A stretch of DNA of 64,000 nucleotides from Legionellales bacterium (lineage in GTDB: Bacteria; Pseudomonadota; Gammaproteobacteria; M30B25): NCBI GenBank assembly GCA_047404175.1, contig JBDOIW010000040.1:21255-85254 (forward strand). The letters are read 5' to 3'. The translations under genes were made by a program, and so were the position numbers. Positions 9,519 to 20,372 of the stretch are shown here, piece after piece. How positions within the stretch are numbered: the first letter of the stretch is position 1; the number at the start of each line of letters is the position of its first letter. Below the pieces are notes generated by a model that saw only the letters and a program-made list of their open reading frames with translations, had not been told where the DNA came from and did no database searches.

Positions 9519-9782
9519 GTTGAGACTAGACATCATAACAACCATTTTTAGTTTCTTACTCACCATTTGATGGCATTAACACCTGGTCTTTATGACTCAT
9601 AAGCACAGGATTAATGGAAATCTATTAGGAAGTGTGCTAAGATATACAGGTTAGGAGCTATATTGAGCTCCAGCCCTAATTACCTATGGTTTATGGCGCA
9701 TCCATCTCAAACTAGAGTAAAAAACAAACTCTGACTTCATTGATGACCATAACAATAACATTCTGATAAGGAAATAATAACC
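9519..9782 (+). promoter_or_regulatory. rne promoter and long 5' leader (candidate autoregulatory UTR)
   Basis: This 264-nt non-coding gap lies upstream of rne and contains a GGAGCT-ATATTG-AGCTCC hairpin. E. coli rne has a long structured leader used for autoregulation. Confidence 0.4.
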
Positions 9783-12314
9783 ATGTCATTTACAACTATC
9801 CAAAAGCCATCAAAGGCTATATTAATCGATGCTGTCAATAGCAACGAACTCCGTGTTGCCATTATCGACAACACACAGAAGAAGCAACACAATATTCTTA
9901 CCGACTTACATATTGAAGATAAGAAACGTGAGCTATATAAATCAAACATTTACAAAGGCAAAATCTCAAGCATAGAACCCAGCCTCAATGCTGTATTCGT
10001 TTACTACGACGATGGGAAGCGTCATGGCTTTCTTCCGTTCAAGGAAATTGATCGCGCCTACTACCAGGACCAGCTTTCTTCAGTACCTGCAAGTAAAGCA
10101 ACAGCGACAAAAGATGATGCTCAACAAACAACTCAACTAGAACAAGACAAGTCTGATAAACCAGACACTCAGGAAACTTCGCCTGAGAGTCCAGTTGCTC
10201 AAACTGACACGCCTCCAGAAAAAGAACAGACAACTTTTACTGTTGAAGAAGAAAAAAGTCATTCTCATAATCCTAGCAATGAAACGATTGCAAATGCACT
10301 TAAGATCGGCCAGGAAATCCTCGTTCAGGTAGTCAAGGAAGAACGGGGCACCAAAGGTGCTGCTCTAACGACAATGATTAGTCTTGCTGGCTCCTATCTT
10401 GTTCTTATGCCTAATAGTCCTTCTGTAAAGGGTATCTCTCGCCGAATAGAGGGCTCTGCTCGCGATGAAGCAAAAGATATCACTTCTAGCCTAAAGTGCC
10501 CAGAAAACATGGGGTTTATTATCAGAACTGCAGGCATCAATCAAAACATAGCGCATCTTCAGTGGGATCTCGATGTACTTGTTAACTTATGGAGCGCTAT
10601 TCACACCGCATCAGGCGAGCATGATGCCCCTGTGCTCATGCATCAAGAAAGTGATGTGATAAGCTGTGCGGTACGCGACCACCTTCGTCAGGACATCACT
10701 GATCTTGTTGTTAACGACCAGATCTCCTTTGAAAAGATCAAAACCTATATCCACCAAATAAAACCGCAATTCGTTGATCACGTCCATCTCTATGATCATA
10801 GCACTCCCCTTTTTGCACACTTTGGAATTGAGAATCAAATCGAACAAGCCCACCAACGTGAAGTACGTTTGCCTTCAGGTGGTGCCATCATCATAGACCC
10901 AACAGAAGCCCTTATTTCTGTGGATGTCAACTCGGCTCGTGCTAAAGGCTCTGACATTGAAGATACAGCATTTAGTACCAACCTTGAAGCCGCTGAAGAG
11001 CTAGCCAAACAGCTACGTCTTCGCGATATTGGTGGCCTTATTGTTATTGATTTTATTGACATGAATCACAATAAGCACCAACGCGAGGTTGAATCACACC
11101 TTAAAAAATGTCTTCAAGAAGATCGAGCCCGTATTAGACTTGGCAAAATATCTTCATTTGGCTTACTAGAGATGTCACGACAACGTCTACGGTCATCACT
11201 TGGTGAAGTAACAAAAATTGAGTGCCCAAGATGTGGGGGCCAAGGTATGATTCAAAGTGTTGAGTCGCTATCACTAAGCTTAATAAGGCGTATTCGTGAA
11301 GACGTTATGAATGAGCAACTTTTGCAGCTGCAGATTCATGTTCCTCTTGAAGTTTGCGCACAGCTCATGAATCATCACCGTAACCAACTCAGTGACATTG
11401 AAACATGTGGTAAAACAAGTATTATCGTCGTGCCTAATCCTAACTATCAGTCACCCCAATTTAAGATTAAAAAAATACGCTTTTCCGATAAAGCTACTAA
11501 GGCCGCTCAGATGGAAAGTAAAAGCTATCAACTTATTGAGCCTCATCGCAATCAATATCAACATGAAAAGTCCCATAACAATCAGACTAAGAACCAACGT
11601 AGCGAACCTGTAGTGAATGCACAGTCTATCACTGAAGCACATCAAAGCCCAAAACCTCAAATTAGCTTAGTGAAGCGCCTCTGGGATGGTATTTTTAACA
11701 ACAAGGCTATCAAAGTTAAATCTGAAGTTGAAATGGATCTTGTCGATGATAATATTGGCAATCTTAAAACATCATCTCAGCAAAACAAATCACCCAAGAA
11801 ACCAAGGCAACAGCAAGCTGGACATCGAGATCAAAAACGAGACCGCCACCCTTCCCGCAATAGAAAGCGCAATAGTGGTAATACAAGTCATAATCATTCT
11901 GCTCAAAAAAGCAACCAAAATACAAGTCATCACAACAAAGTGAGTAAGTCTAAAGATTCTATGAAAGTAGAAACAGCAAACATCGAAAGTCAACCATCCA
12001 CTCATACTAGCCCCTCTACACAAAAGCCAGCAACAAAAACTAAAAAAGAAAACGATAACAGAGGCTTAGATAAAAAGGCAATCAAGTCTAAAAACCAATC
12101 TGAGAGTAAAGGCGGAATTAAAAAAACAAAACAAGAACAGGCTGAGCCATCAGAAAAAAAAGCTTCGCCGAAACCAGTAAGTAGCATAAAACCAGTAAGT
12201 AGCATAAAATCAGAGAGCCCCACAAGTAACAAGACTAGCGCTAAACCAGCTGAAAAAAAGGCCGTCAAACCAAAGGCTGAAACCACTCAGAAATCCAGTG
12301 ATAAAGAAAAATAA
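9783..12314 (+). CDS. rne: ribonuclease E
   Basis: The N-terminal catalytic domain aligns to E. coli RNase E (ELRVAIID...NIYKGKISSIEPSLNAVFV...HGFLPFKEI; LAGSYLVLMP; DFIDM; Zn-link CPRCGGQG). The C-terminal half is a low-complexity basic scaffold. Confidence 0.93.
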   Translation: MSFTTIQKPSKAILIDAVNSNELRVAIIDNTQKKQHNILTDLHIEDKKRELYKSNIYKGKISSIEPSLNAVFVYYDDGKRHGFLPFKEIDRAYYQDQLSSVPASKATATKDDAQQTTQLEQDKSDKPDTQETSPESPVAQTDTPPEKEQTTFTVEEEKSHSHNPSNETIANALKIGQEILVQVVKEERGTKGAALTTMISLAGSYLVLMPNSPSVKGISRRIEGSARDEAKDITSSLKCPENMGFIIRTAGINQNIAHLQWDLDVLVNLWSAIHTASGEHDAPVLMHQESDVISCAVRDHLRQDITDLVVNDQISFEKIKTYIHQIKPQFVDHVHLYDHSTPLFAHFGIENQIEQAHQREVRLPSGGAIIIDPTEALISVDVNSARAKGSDIEDTAFSTNLEAAEELAKQLRLRDIGGLIVIDFIDMNHNKHQREVESHLKKCLQEDRARIRLGKISSFGLLEMSRQRLRSSLGEVTKIECPRCGGQGMIQSVESLSLSLIRRIREDVMNEQLLQLQIHVPLEVCAQLMNHHRNQLSDIETCGKTSIIVVPNPNYQSPQFKIKKIRFSDKATKAAQMESKSYQLIEPHRNQYQHEKSHNNQTKNQRSEPVVNAQSITEAHQSPKPQISLVKRLWDGIFNNKAIKVKSEVEMDLVDDNIGNLKTSSQQNKSPKKPRQQQAGHRDQKRDRHPSRNRKRNSGNTSHNHSAQKSNQNTSHHNKVSKSKDSMKVETANIESQPSTHTSPSTQKPATKTKKENDNRGLDKKAIKSKNQSESKGGIKKTKQEQAEPSEKKASPKPVSSIKPVSSIKSESPTSNKTSAKPAEKKAVKPKAETTQKSSDKEK

Positions 12315-12459
12315 GCTAGATATGATTAAGGCACTAAACTTCTATAGCTGACTGAGAAATAAACTCAGTCGGCTCAAACATTGTTTCGTTGAATAAATTT
12401 GTCATGTAAAAATAAAATAAACCACTACTATTATCAAAATACGTGATACGAGTAGTTTT

Positions 12460-13314
12460 ATGCATTATCAAGAAATTTATGAGGCAGCAAAATATTATGC
12501 TGACCATAAATGCCTTCATCAACAAGATGGTTTTTACATCAATAACCTCTATGCATCAGCATGCAACTATTTAATGTACAGTGACTTCAACGACCACTAC
12601 TTTACCATTTATTTTCTCGTCGAGGGCATTTACCATGAGTATCATGACCGGCTTATTAAAGAGAATCCTGATAAAATACCACTATTTAAGGGAGCAAGTA
12701 AGACATTACTTAAAGTGTACCACCATGTCACAGATAGCAAAAAAAACATTGAAACAATCGATCAACAACTTCTCATAGCTGTCTGTATTAACATGGAAAG
12801 AGTTAAACACTCTGGCGCACAATTTAGTTCTGCTGAAGTTGGAAATAGTAATCTCAAAGAGTATGAAGAACAGTTAAACATTGTAAAGACAAAACTACCT
12901 ATCATCATCGAGGCAAAATCTGCACTACTTGCTCTCAAACGAATGAATAGATTTCAGATCATTACAGATTACTTAATCGCAAAATTCGATTTAAAATACC
13001 CACCAAGAATTCCACGCCTGGACGATTTCTGTAAGCTTATCCATAGTCTTGATCAAGAGTGCAGCCAAGTGTCATTATCTCGTTATTTCGATCGTATGGA
13101 CACAGCAAAATTTGATAAGGTATCAGTTTACTCTACATGGAACGTGTGTTATTACAAAAACATTCGCGATCAAATCAGCATGCTTCCCGAAGCAACTCTT
13201 GAAAAGCAGTTTACATCATTTAAAAACCAGCTCTATGATCATCATAAAAAGGCAAAAGAAGGATCAAGTGCTGCAACAGTTTACCGTAGCCTTATTGTCA
13301 ACTTGTCATTTTAA
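12460..13314 (+). CDS. hypothetical protein (ORFan, AT-rich)
   Basis: The 284-aa ORF has no recognisable domain and is noticeably AT-richer than its neighbours. Its C-terminus is small-polar-rich with hydrophobic residues near the end. Confidence 0.5.
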   Translation: MHYQEIYEAAKYYADHKCLHQQDGFYINNLYASACNYLMYSDFNDHYFTIYFLVEGIYHEYHDRLIKENPDKIPLFKGASKTLLKVYHHVTDSKKNIETIDQQLLIAVCINMERVKHSGAQFSSAEVGNSNLKEYEEQLNIVKTKLPIIIEAKSALLALKRMNRFQIITDYLIAKFDLKYPPRIPRLDDFCKLIHSLDQECSQVSLSRYFDRMDTAKFDKVSVYSTWNVCYYKNIRDQISMLPEATLEKQFTSFKNQLYDHHKKAKEGSSAATVYRSLIVNLSF

Positions 13315-13316
13315 AT

Positions 13317-13814
13317 TTATTCGTCAACAAGAAATGCTTTTTCAATGATCACTGACTCTGTTGGCACATCCTGATGCCCCATTCGACTACCAGTTGATAC
13401 CTTCTCAATAGCATCAATAGTTTCCATGCCTTCTACGACCTGTCCAAACACACAGTACCCCCAACCCTGAGGTGACTCACTGCTGAAGTTAAGAAAAGCA
13501 TTATCTTTTGTGTTAATAAAAAACTGAGTGCTTGCAGAGTGAGGCATATTCGTTCTTGCCATAGCAAAAGTGCCACGTTTATTTTCACCACCTATGTTTG
13601 CTTCATTGTCGATGCTAGATCTACTTTCAAGATCCTGCATAGATGTATCAAAACCACCAGCCTGCACCATAAAATCCTTAATGACACGGTGGAAAATAGC
13701 GCCATTATAATAGCCTTCTTTCACTAAATTCTTAAAGTTTTCAGTTGTCTTTGGTGTGGCTTCACTTAGCTCGAGAATAAATTTTCCAAAATTAGTTTCA
13801 AATTGTGCTTTCAT
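13317..13814 (-). CDS. ppiB: peptidyl-prolyl cis-trans isomerase (cyclophilin, cytoplasmic)
   Basis: Cyclophilin motifs are present (FHRVIKDFMVQAGG, NKRGTFAMARTN, QFFI). No signal peptide is present. Confidence 0.9.
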   Translation of the reverse strand: MKAQFETNFGKFILELSEATPKTTENFKNLVKEGYYNGAIFHRVIKDFMVQAGGFDTSMQDLESRSSIDNEANIGGENKRGTFAMARTNMPHSASTQFFINTKDNAFLNFSSESPQGWGYCVFGQVVEGMETIDAIEKVSTGSRMGHQDVPTESVIIEKAFLVDE

Positions 13815-13895
13815 TTTTCCCTCAAATTCAATAAGATAATAAAAAATTACTCTATAGTAAGTTTAAACGAAAAACAATCAAAATAAGCTAATTTT

Positions 13896-15704
13896 ATGAC
13901 ACAACTAATCAATATCGCAATTATCGCCCATGTTGACCATGGTAAAACAACACTCGTAGACAAACTTTTATCTGAGTCTGGAACGCTCGATGATAGAAAA
14001 GATTCTGGCAATCGTGTCATGGACTCAAACACACTCGAAAAAGAACGAGGCATTACTATTCTTTCAAAAAATACCGCAATAGAGTGGAATGGCTATCGGA
14101 TTAATATTGTCGACACACCTGGTCACGCAGACTTTGGCGGCGAGGTAGAACGTGTACTTTCTATGGTTGACGCTGTGCTCCTACTTGTTGATGCTGTAGA
14201 AGGCCCCATGCCTCAAACTCGCTTTGTAACACAAAAGGCATTCATGCATGGCTTAAGGCCAATTGTTGTGGTTAATAAGATTGATCGCGATGGCGCACGC
14301 CCTGATTGGGCTATTGACCAAGTCTTCGATCTGTTTGTTAACTTAGGTGCCACTGATGAGCAACTTGACTTCCCTATTGTTTATGCTTCTGCTCTCCAAG
14401 GGTTTGCTCAGCACGAACTTGAGCATGCATCAGATACCATGCTACCGCTATTCGAAACAATAACTCGGCACGCACCACAGCCTGATGTTGATTCAGAAGG
14501 CCCATTTCAGATGCAGATTTCATCACTTGACTACTCTCCCTATGTCGGAACAATTGGCATTGGTCGGGTAACTCGAGGCTCCATTAAACCCAATACCCCT
14601 GTCACAGTGATCGCGCGCGATGGAAAAGAAAGAAAAGAGCGCGTACTTCAAGTACTACGGTATCTTGGCCTAGAAAGGCATGAGTCAGAGGGGGCAAGTG
14701 CTGGTGATATCATTGCGATATCCGGTTGTGAAACGCTTGATATCTCTGACACCTTATGTGATATGAATCATGTGGAAGCCCTTCCAGCTCTTACTGTAGA
14801 TGAGCCAACAATCACTATGACTTTTCAAGTTAACACGTCCCCTCTTGCAGGACAAGATGGAAAAATGGTGACAAGTCGTCAAATCAAAGATCGTCTCAAG
14901 AAAGAGACCCTCCACAATGTTGCCCTCAAGGTCACACAAACTGAGCAAGCAGAAAAGTTTAGTGTTTCTGGACGCGGAGAACTTCATCTTGGTATTTTAA
15001 TTGAAACAATGCGTCGTGAAGGCTTTGAGCTAGCCGTGTCAAGACCACAGGTTATCATTAAAGAAATAGATGGCATTCAACAAGAGCCTTACGAAGAGCT
15101 CACCTGTGACGTTGAAGAAGAACATCAAGGTTCGGTGATGGAAGCACTTGGCTCTAGACGTGGAGAAATGAAAAACATGATTCCCGATGGTAAAGGTCGT
15201 GTTCGTCTTGACTATATTATTCCATCTCAAGGCTTATTTGGGTTTCAAAACGAATTTATGTCGATGACAGGAGGCACTGGTCTACTTTATCACGTATTTG
15301 ACCATTATGGCCCTTACAAGCCTGGAGCAGTTGGCACAAGAAACAATGGTGTTTTAATCGCTAATGGCCCAGGCCAATCAACACAATATGCTCTTTTTGC
15401 TCTACAAGAACGTGGGAAAATGATGATAGGTCCTCAAACAACTGTTTATGAAGGCATGATCATTGGCATTCACTCTCGGAGTAATGATTTAGTTGTTAAC
15501 CCTATCAAAACCAAACAACTTACTAATATAAGAGCGGCAGGAAGTGATGACAATCTTCTTTTGACTCCTCCAGTTAGGTTAACACTCGAACAGGCTATGG
15601 GTTTTATTGATAATGATGAGTTAATAGAGGTCACACCTAATTATTTACGTTTACGAAAAGTACATTTGAAAGAGCACGAGCGTAAAAAAGCATCTAGAGG
15701 CTAA
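13896..15704 (+). CDS. typA: ribosome-associated translational GTPase TypA/BipA
   Basis: The ORF has G1-G4 motifs ([19 protein letters not shown]) and is 602 aa long. It aligns full-length to BipA. Confidence 0.93.
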   Translation: MTQLINIAIIAHVDHGKTTLVDKLLSESGTLDDRKDSGNRVMDSNTLEKERGITILSKNTAIEWNGYRINIVDTPGHADFGGEVERVLSMVDAVLLLVDAVEGPMPQTRFVTQKAFMHGLRPIVVVNKIDRDGARPDWAIDQVFDLFVNLGATDEQLDFPIVYASALQGFAQHELEHASDTMLPLFETITRHAPQPDVDSEGPFQMQISSLDYSPYVGTIGIGRVTRGSIKPNTPVTVIARDGKERKERVLQVLRYLGLERHESEGASAGDIIAISGCETLDISDTLCDMNHVEALPALTVDEPTITMTFQVNTSPLAGQDGKMVTSRQIKDRLKKETLHNVALKVTQTEQAEKFSVSGRGELHLGILIETMRREGFELAVSRPQVIIKEIDGIQQEPYEELTCDVEEEHQGSVMEALGSRRGEMKNMIPDGKGRVRLDYIIPSQGLFGFQNEFMSMTGGTGLLYHVFDHYGPYKPGAVGTRNNGVLIANGPGQSTQYALFALQERGKMMIGPQTTVYEGMIIGIHSRSNDLVVNPIKTKQLTNIRAAGSDDNLLLTPPVRLTLEQAMGFIDNDELIEVTPNYLRLRKVHLKEHERKKASRG

Positions 15705-15805
15705 TCATCTGATGAGAATTTTGCTTACATAAACTCTAATTTAGTACTATAAGCAAGATATGTTATTTTGCATAGGTTCATTTGAATTGAAATCTCTTAT
15801 CAGTT

Positions 15806-15834
15806 TTGACTCTTATTTTGGTTATATTTTAAAT
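15806..15834 (+). promoter_or_regulatory. candidate sigma70 promoter for the 15899 ORF
   Basis: TTGACT (15806-15811), a 17-nt spacer, then TTAAAT. This is a weak match, judged by eye only. Confidence 0.25.
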
Positions 15835-15898
15835 CCTATCCATCATTTTTTTACCGTCTATACTCAGTGTAGTTTAAATAAGCAAAAACACTTAACCC

Positions 15899-16942
15899 AT
15901 GAGTGACTCATTACAGAATATAGAAGAAGTAATACCGGCAGCCATCTCAGTACAACCAGGCGATTTAGCAATCGCTTTTAATTTTGTACACTCAATGCCT
16001 CAATATTATTTACCTATCATTGCCAGCTCACTCATTCATGAAGCGCGAGGTCAATTGGTCCTCAATAGCAAAGATCATGATGCAAAAAATAGTCTTTCTA
16101 AGAACCTAATACCATTGATACGTAGTTTAAACTTATATTATAAAATCTCCAACAGTAGAGAACCAAAAGCGCATAAATTTTATACTTATCAATTGATGCA
16201 GGTCATTGTTAACCACCTTAGTGATTTAAGTCATAGTCAAAAACAAGCAGCCCAGTCAATGATCTCCTATGAGGAACTTTTTTCTATAGAAACAATGGAT
16301 GCAAGAAAAATTGACTTTTTGAGCGAGGTCAACCACGCATTTAAAATACTTATATCAGCACTTCCATTAGACCACCATATTGATGAAGTAGCAAAATGGG
16401 ATAGTTTTGAAAAGATTGAATCAACGATCTTGTCTGCTGTCAGAAAGTTTCCTCCATATAGCCCTCTGAGTGATATGGGTTTAATCTTAGATGCACTAAA
16501 AACCATCCAAAGTAATCTTAAAAACAATGAAATTACTAAAGTAATGCAAGAACTAAAAGTTCTGGAGTGGAAAGATGAAATAGCCATAGATAAAGTTCAT
16601 ACTGCCATGAAAGTTATTGCAGAACAGGTTAGCCTTCGTGAAGGCAACATACTTGACCAATGGCAATCTTTAGATGATATTCATGGTACTATCGATCAGC
16701 TACTTAATCTCGGAGATGTTGATAGAGAAGCCATAGAACATGCGCAAATGATTATTGACACATGTCTATTGGATTCAGATGTTGAAGAAATTAGTCAACT
16801 CTTGAAACACAAATCGCAACCATTACGAGCTTCACCTGACCTTGCAGAAGTGCCAGAAAGAAAGAACAAGTCAAAGGGCAAGCTTAAAAATATCGGTGAT
16901 GATTCGGGAAACCTATCTACAAGTCATTACCGTCCAAAATAA
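15899..16942 (+). CDS. hypothetical protein (ORFan, basic C-terminal tail)
   Basis: The 347-aa ORF has no recognisable domain and is AT-rich. Its C-terminus is RKNKSKGKLKN... Confidence 0.5.
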   Translation: MSDSLQNIEEVIPAAISVQPGDLAIAFNFVHSMPQYYLPIIASSLIHEARGQLVLNSKDHDAKNSLSKNLIPLIRSLNLYYKISNSREPKAHKFYTYQLMQVIVNHLSDLSHSQKQAAQSMISYEELFSIETMDARKIDFLSEVNHAFKILISALPLDHHIDEVAKWDSFEKIESTILSAVRKFPPYSPLSDMGLILDALKTIQSNLKNNEITKVMQELKVLEWKDEIAIDKVHTAMKVIAEQVSLREGNILDQWQSLDDIHGTIDQLLNLGDVDREAIEHAQMIIDTCLLDSDVEEISQLLKHKSQPLRASPDLAEVPERKNKSKGKLKNIGDDSGNLSTSHYRPK

Positions 16943-17021
16943 TTCATCAAGTTTTGAAGAATTACTTTGTTATTACCTCAGAAAATAGAGTAAATATAAG
17001 TCAGTATTAAAGTGTTATTCT

Positions 17022-17198
17022 TTAGCTATGCATTGGAATTGCGTCATCTGGACGTAGTTGGAAAATACCATCGATATGCGTAAAGATAAGCTGCTCATGT
17101 TCACAGACTAGGCAGTCCTTAGCTTTATCATAAGTCAAACTGCTTTGACAGCAAGGACAAACAAGTTTATTTAGCAACTCAGGGGATAGTGTTGACAT
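17022..17198 (-). CDS. UPF0434/Trm112-like small protein (YcaR family)
   Basis: Manual translation gives [58 protein letters not shown] (58 aa). The CPxC...LxC pattern and length match E. coli YcaR. It falls below the ORF-track length threshold. Confidence 0.75.
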   Translation of the reverse strand: MSTLSPELLNKLVCPCCQSSLTYDKAKDCLVCEHEQLIFTHIDGIFQLRPDDAIPMHS

Positions 17199-17219
17199 AG
17201 TAAAACTCCTTTATCTCAA

Positions 17220-17296
17220 TGGTCGGGACGGCAGGATTTGAACCTGCGACCCCTTGCACCCCATGCAAGTGCGCTACCAAGCTGCGCCACGCCCCG
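17220..17296 (-). tRNA. tRNA-Pro (anticodon GGG)
   Basis: The 77-nt cloverleaf has acceptor CGGGGCG, anticodon stem CTTGC/GCAAG, loop ATGGGGT, and a T-arm GGTTCAAATCC. It closely resembles E. coli proL. Confidence 0.9.
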
Positions 17297-17304
17297 ATAA
17301 TCGA

Positions 17305-17718
17305 TTATTCTAATACCTCAATCACTGCCTCTAGTTCGTGCACAGTTGCACGAAGCTGATGAGAGAGTGTGTCATTAAATTGTTCCTCATGACCCTCTTC
17401 CTGTTTGAGTACTTTTTCTAGACGAGCACTCGCACCATCAATGGTATACCCTTTTTCATACAAAAGCTCTCGAATTTGTCTGACAAGTATGATGTCATCT
17501 CTTTTATAATAGCGACGTCCACGCCGTTTCGATGGATTCAAAACGGGAAAAACCACTTCCCAATATCTGAGCACATGGGACTTTAGCTCACACAGTCTGC
17601 AAACTTCACCAATAGTAAAATAGATCTTGGTTGGGATCTCTGGTAAATTCTCAGTCTTGGTGATAGCTTCACCTACTTTTTTTGTATTACAATTCTTCTT
17701 GTTCTTGACTTCCTGCAT
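17305..17718 (-). CDS. MerR-family transcriptional regulator
   Basis: It has a MerR HTH ([19 protein letters not shown]) followed by a coiled-coil. The ihfA-MerR-tRNA-Pro arrangement is common in gammaproteobacteria. The annotated start overlaps ihfA by 32 nt, so the true start may lie downstream. Confidence 0.75.
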   Translation of the reverse strand: MQEVKNKKNCNTKKVGEAITKTENLPEIPTKIYFTIGEVCRLCELKSHVLRYWEVVFPVLNPSKRRGRRYYKRDDIILVRQIRELLYEKGYTIDGASARLEKVLKQEEGHEEQFNDTLSHQLRATVHELEAVIEVLE

Positions 17719-18001
17719 ACTTCTCTACCCTGAGTTTTAGTTTTTGACCAGCTCTGAAGGTCACTACTCTTCGTGCCTTAATGGGAATTTCTTCACCAGT
17801 CTTGGGGTTTCTACCAGGTCTCTGGCTTTTGTCACGTAGCACAAAATTACCAAAACCAGATAACTTTACGTTCTCACCAGCTTCAAGCACAAGTCTAATT
17901 TCTTCAAAGAATAATTCGACGAGCTCTTTAGCTTCGCGTTTGTTAAGACCAAGCGAATCAAATAGATGCTTTGATATCTCTGCTTTGGTGAGTGAATTCA
18001 T
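17687..18001 (-). CDS. ihfA: integration host factor alpha subunit
   Basis: The 104-aa ORF has the HU/IHF fold signature [26 protein letters not shown] and lies downstream of pheT. Confidence 0.93.
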   Translation of the reverse strand: MNSLTKAEISKHLFDSLGLNKREAKELVELFFEEIRLVLEAGENVKLSGFGNFVLRDKSQRPGRNPKTGEEIPIKARRVVTFRAGQKLKLRVEKYAGSQEQEEL

Positions 18002-18005
18002 TTTT

Positions 18006-20372
18006 TTACCTCATTATTATGTTATACTTCTTCTGCAACAGACTGATAATATTATCTATTTGTTGCTGGATAACCTGCTCTTCTAAAGTCGACTCTGATG
18101 ATTCAAACTGGAATCTTAGAGTGTAACTGACTAGATCAGGTTCATCACTACCCTTATAGATATCAAATAAAGTTATATCTTTCAAGCATGACGGAGATAT
18201 TTCTAAAATATCTTGTTGTATTAAACCAAAATCAATTGATTTACTCAACCAAAAACATAAGTCTCTTTGAACTTTTGGGTAAAGTGAAACACTTTCAAGC
18301 GGTTTTTTGATGGTTGTATCTATGTTGCCGAGTTGTATCTCAAAGAGGTAACAATCTCTAGCATGCTTTTTGGGATGAAGACCTTTAGGGTGACGCTTAC
18401 CAAGCTGAGCAAGTAGCGTTTCTCCTTGGAAGATAGCGCATGACTGACCAGGGTGTAAAAGAGTATGCTGTGTACGTTTTACCACAAGCTGAGAAGTATC
18501 CATGATACTCTCAAGTAGATGCATGACTAGTCCTTTAAGATAATAAAAGTCATGTTCATCTGAGCCAGAACGCCAAAATAATGGGCTAATACCATAAAAA
18601 ACACCAGCCAACCTATGATCAGCGCTTCTTTTTCCTTCTAATTGCTGATAAACATGTCCAGATTCAAATAGGTGATGACTTTCGACACCTCGCGAAAAAT
18701 TATAATCTAAGCTATTGAGAAGACCAGGAACCAAACTTGAGCGAAGTGTACTCAAAGGCTCAGCAATCGGGTTAGTTAAGCTCACAGGCATGCCCTGCTT
18801 AAGGTGAGCATGATCCTCGGCTCCTCGCAAACTTAGTGTAACGGCTTGGTTAAACCCAAGCTTTACGAGTTGCTCACATAATTGCTCAGCTATAGAAAGT
18901 GCTGGAGTTATAGCCTTGGCACGAAGCGTTGTTGTTGGAATGGCATCATAACCATGAATACGTGCTATTTCTTCAATTAAATCAGCCTCAATCTCAAGAT
19001 CATAACGCCATGATGGCGCAGACACCTGTAGAGTATCACCATTAGCATCTACTGTGCATCCCAAACGAGCGAGGATGGCTTGCATATCTTCTGCTGGTAA
19101 TGTGTAACCTAGGCGCCGCTCAAAAGCATGGCAAGATATGTTTATTTGAGGCTTGAGTACATCTTGAATATGAGCATTTTCAATCATATGCTGCCGACAC
19201 TCTCCCTCTACCATTCCCCAAGAGCGAAGATGACGCATAACTGCAGCGCTTGCTAACTCAGGCATATTTGGATCAACACCACGCTCAAAACGCATAGATG
19301 AGTCAGAACTAAATTTTAGTCTTCGTGATGTTTTAGCAATGGATTCGGGAGAAAAGCTAGCTGCCTCTAAAAGAATACTTGTACTATCGCTAAGTGATTT
19401 ACTTGCATCACTTCCCATGATACCTGCTAAACCTAAAATTTCGTTACCTTGCCTGACGACAAGATCCCCTTGAATAAGAGCGTGTTTTTTTTGATCAAGC
19501 CCTAGAAACTCGTTCTCTCCAGAGTGCTCACTCATCATAATCCTAGCATCATTAGATAGAGCATTAGCGTCATATGCGTGCAATGGCTGCCCTAGAGAGT
19601 GCATGACTAAGTGAATAGCATCGCAAATTGGATTGATTAAGGTATAGCCTAATCGGTGTAAAAGCATGGCAACAGGAGTTGGAGTTACCCTGCCCTGTAT
19701 TAAACAATCGAATTCAGAAAAAACAGCACGGTTCACAGCAGATGATTCGATAGAGACTCTACGTTGTAAATTAGGTAAGATTTCTTTGTGAGAATCAAGT
19801 TGCGACTTGAGTATACTGTTATCTTTAGCAGCTAAATCACGAGCGAGCCCTAAAGTTGAAAAACAGTCTGCACGATTGGGTGTTAATGCTAAATCAAATA
19901 TTACATCATCAATAGGTAGATATTCAACAAGTGACTGCCCAACAGGAGCCTCAGAAGAAAGCACCCAAATGCCGTCATCATGAGGAAAATCAATCGCCAA
20001 CTCATTTGCTGCGCATATCATACCCTGGGAAAGCTCACCTCGTAGCTTTGCTTGCTTAATAGTAAAATCACCGGGAAGAACTGCTCCGACAAGCGCAACA
20101 GGTACTTTTTGTCCACCATCAACATTTTTTGCACCACACACGATTTGTAATGTTGATTCTTGTCCAACATCCACTTCGCAAATAGATAGTTTATCTGCAT
20201 TTGGGTGAGGCTTACGGCTGATTACAAGACCTACCACAACATCAGAAAATTGAGCCTGATAAGTTATAACATCATCAACCTCATGACCTAACATTGTCAA
20301 CGTGTGTGCTACGGAGTCTTCATTGAAGTCAACCCATGATCGTAGATGGTAGCTACTTAGTTTCATCAACAA
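18006..20372 (-). CDS. pheT: phenylalanine--tRNA ligase beta subunit
   Basis: The 788-aa ORF has the tRNA-binding, B3/4, B5 and FDX-ACB domain order. It overlaps the end of pheS. Confidence 0.92.
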   Translation of the reverse strand: MLMKLSSYHLRSWVDFNEDSVAHTLTMLGHEVDDVITYQAQFSDVVVGLVISRKPHPNADKLSICEVDVGQESTLQIVCGAKNVDGGQKVPVALVGAVLPGDFTIKQAKLRGELSQGMICAANELAIDFPHDDGIWVLSSEAPVGQSLVEYLPIDDVIFDLALTPNRADCFSTLGLARDLAAKDNSILKSQLDSHKEILPNLQRRVSIESSAVNRAVFSEFDCLIQGRVTPTPVAMLLHRLGYTLINPICDAIHLVMHSLGQPLHAYDANALSNDARIMMSEHSGENEFLGLDQKKHALIQGDLVVRQGNEILGLAGIMGSDASKSLSDSTSILLEAASFSPESIAKTSRRLKFSSDSSMRFERGVDPNMPELASAAVMRHLRSWGMVEGECRQHMIENAHIQDVLKPQINISCHAFERRLGYTLPAEDMQAILARLGCTVDANGDTLQVSAPSWRYDLEIEADLIEEIARIHGYDAIPTTTLRAKAITPALSIAEQLCEQLVKLGFNQAVTLSLRGAEDHAHLKQGMPVSLTNPIAEPLSTLRSSLVPGLLNSLDYNFSRGVESHHLFESGHVYQQLEGKRSADHRLAGVFYGISPLFWRSGSDEHDFYYLKGLVMHLLESIMDTSQLVVKRTQHTLLHPGQSCAIFQGETLLAQLGKRHPKGLHPKKHARDCYLFEIQLGNIDTTIKKPLESVSLYPKVQRDLCFWLSKSIDFGLIQQDILEISPSCLKDITLFDIYKGSDEPDLVSYTLRFQFESSESTLEEQVIQQQIDNIISLLQKKYNIIMR

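Noticed and set aside
12169-12211. 21-bp tandem duplication (AAACCAGTAAGTAGCATAAAA x2) in the rne 3' region
   Set aside because: It encodes KPVSSIK x2 within the low-complexity RNase E tail. It is real, but such small scaffold-region repeats are common and unlikely to matter functionally.
12002-12286. 94-aa antisense ORF at the 3' end of rne
   Set aside because: It is low-complexity antisense translation of the RNase E scaffold region.
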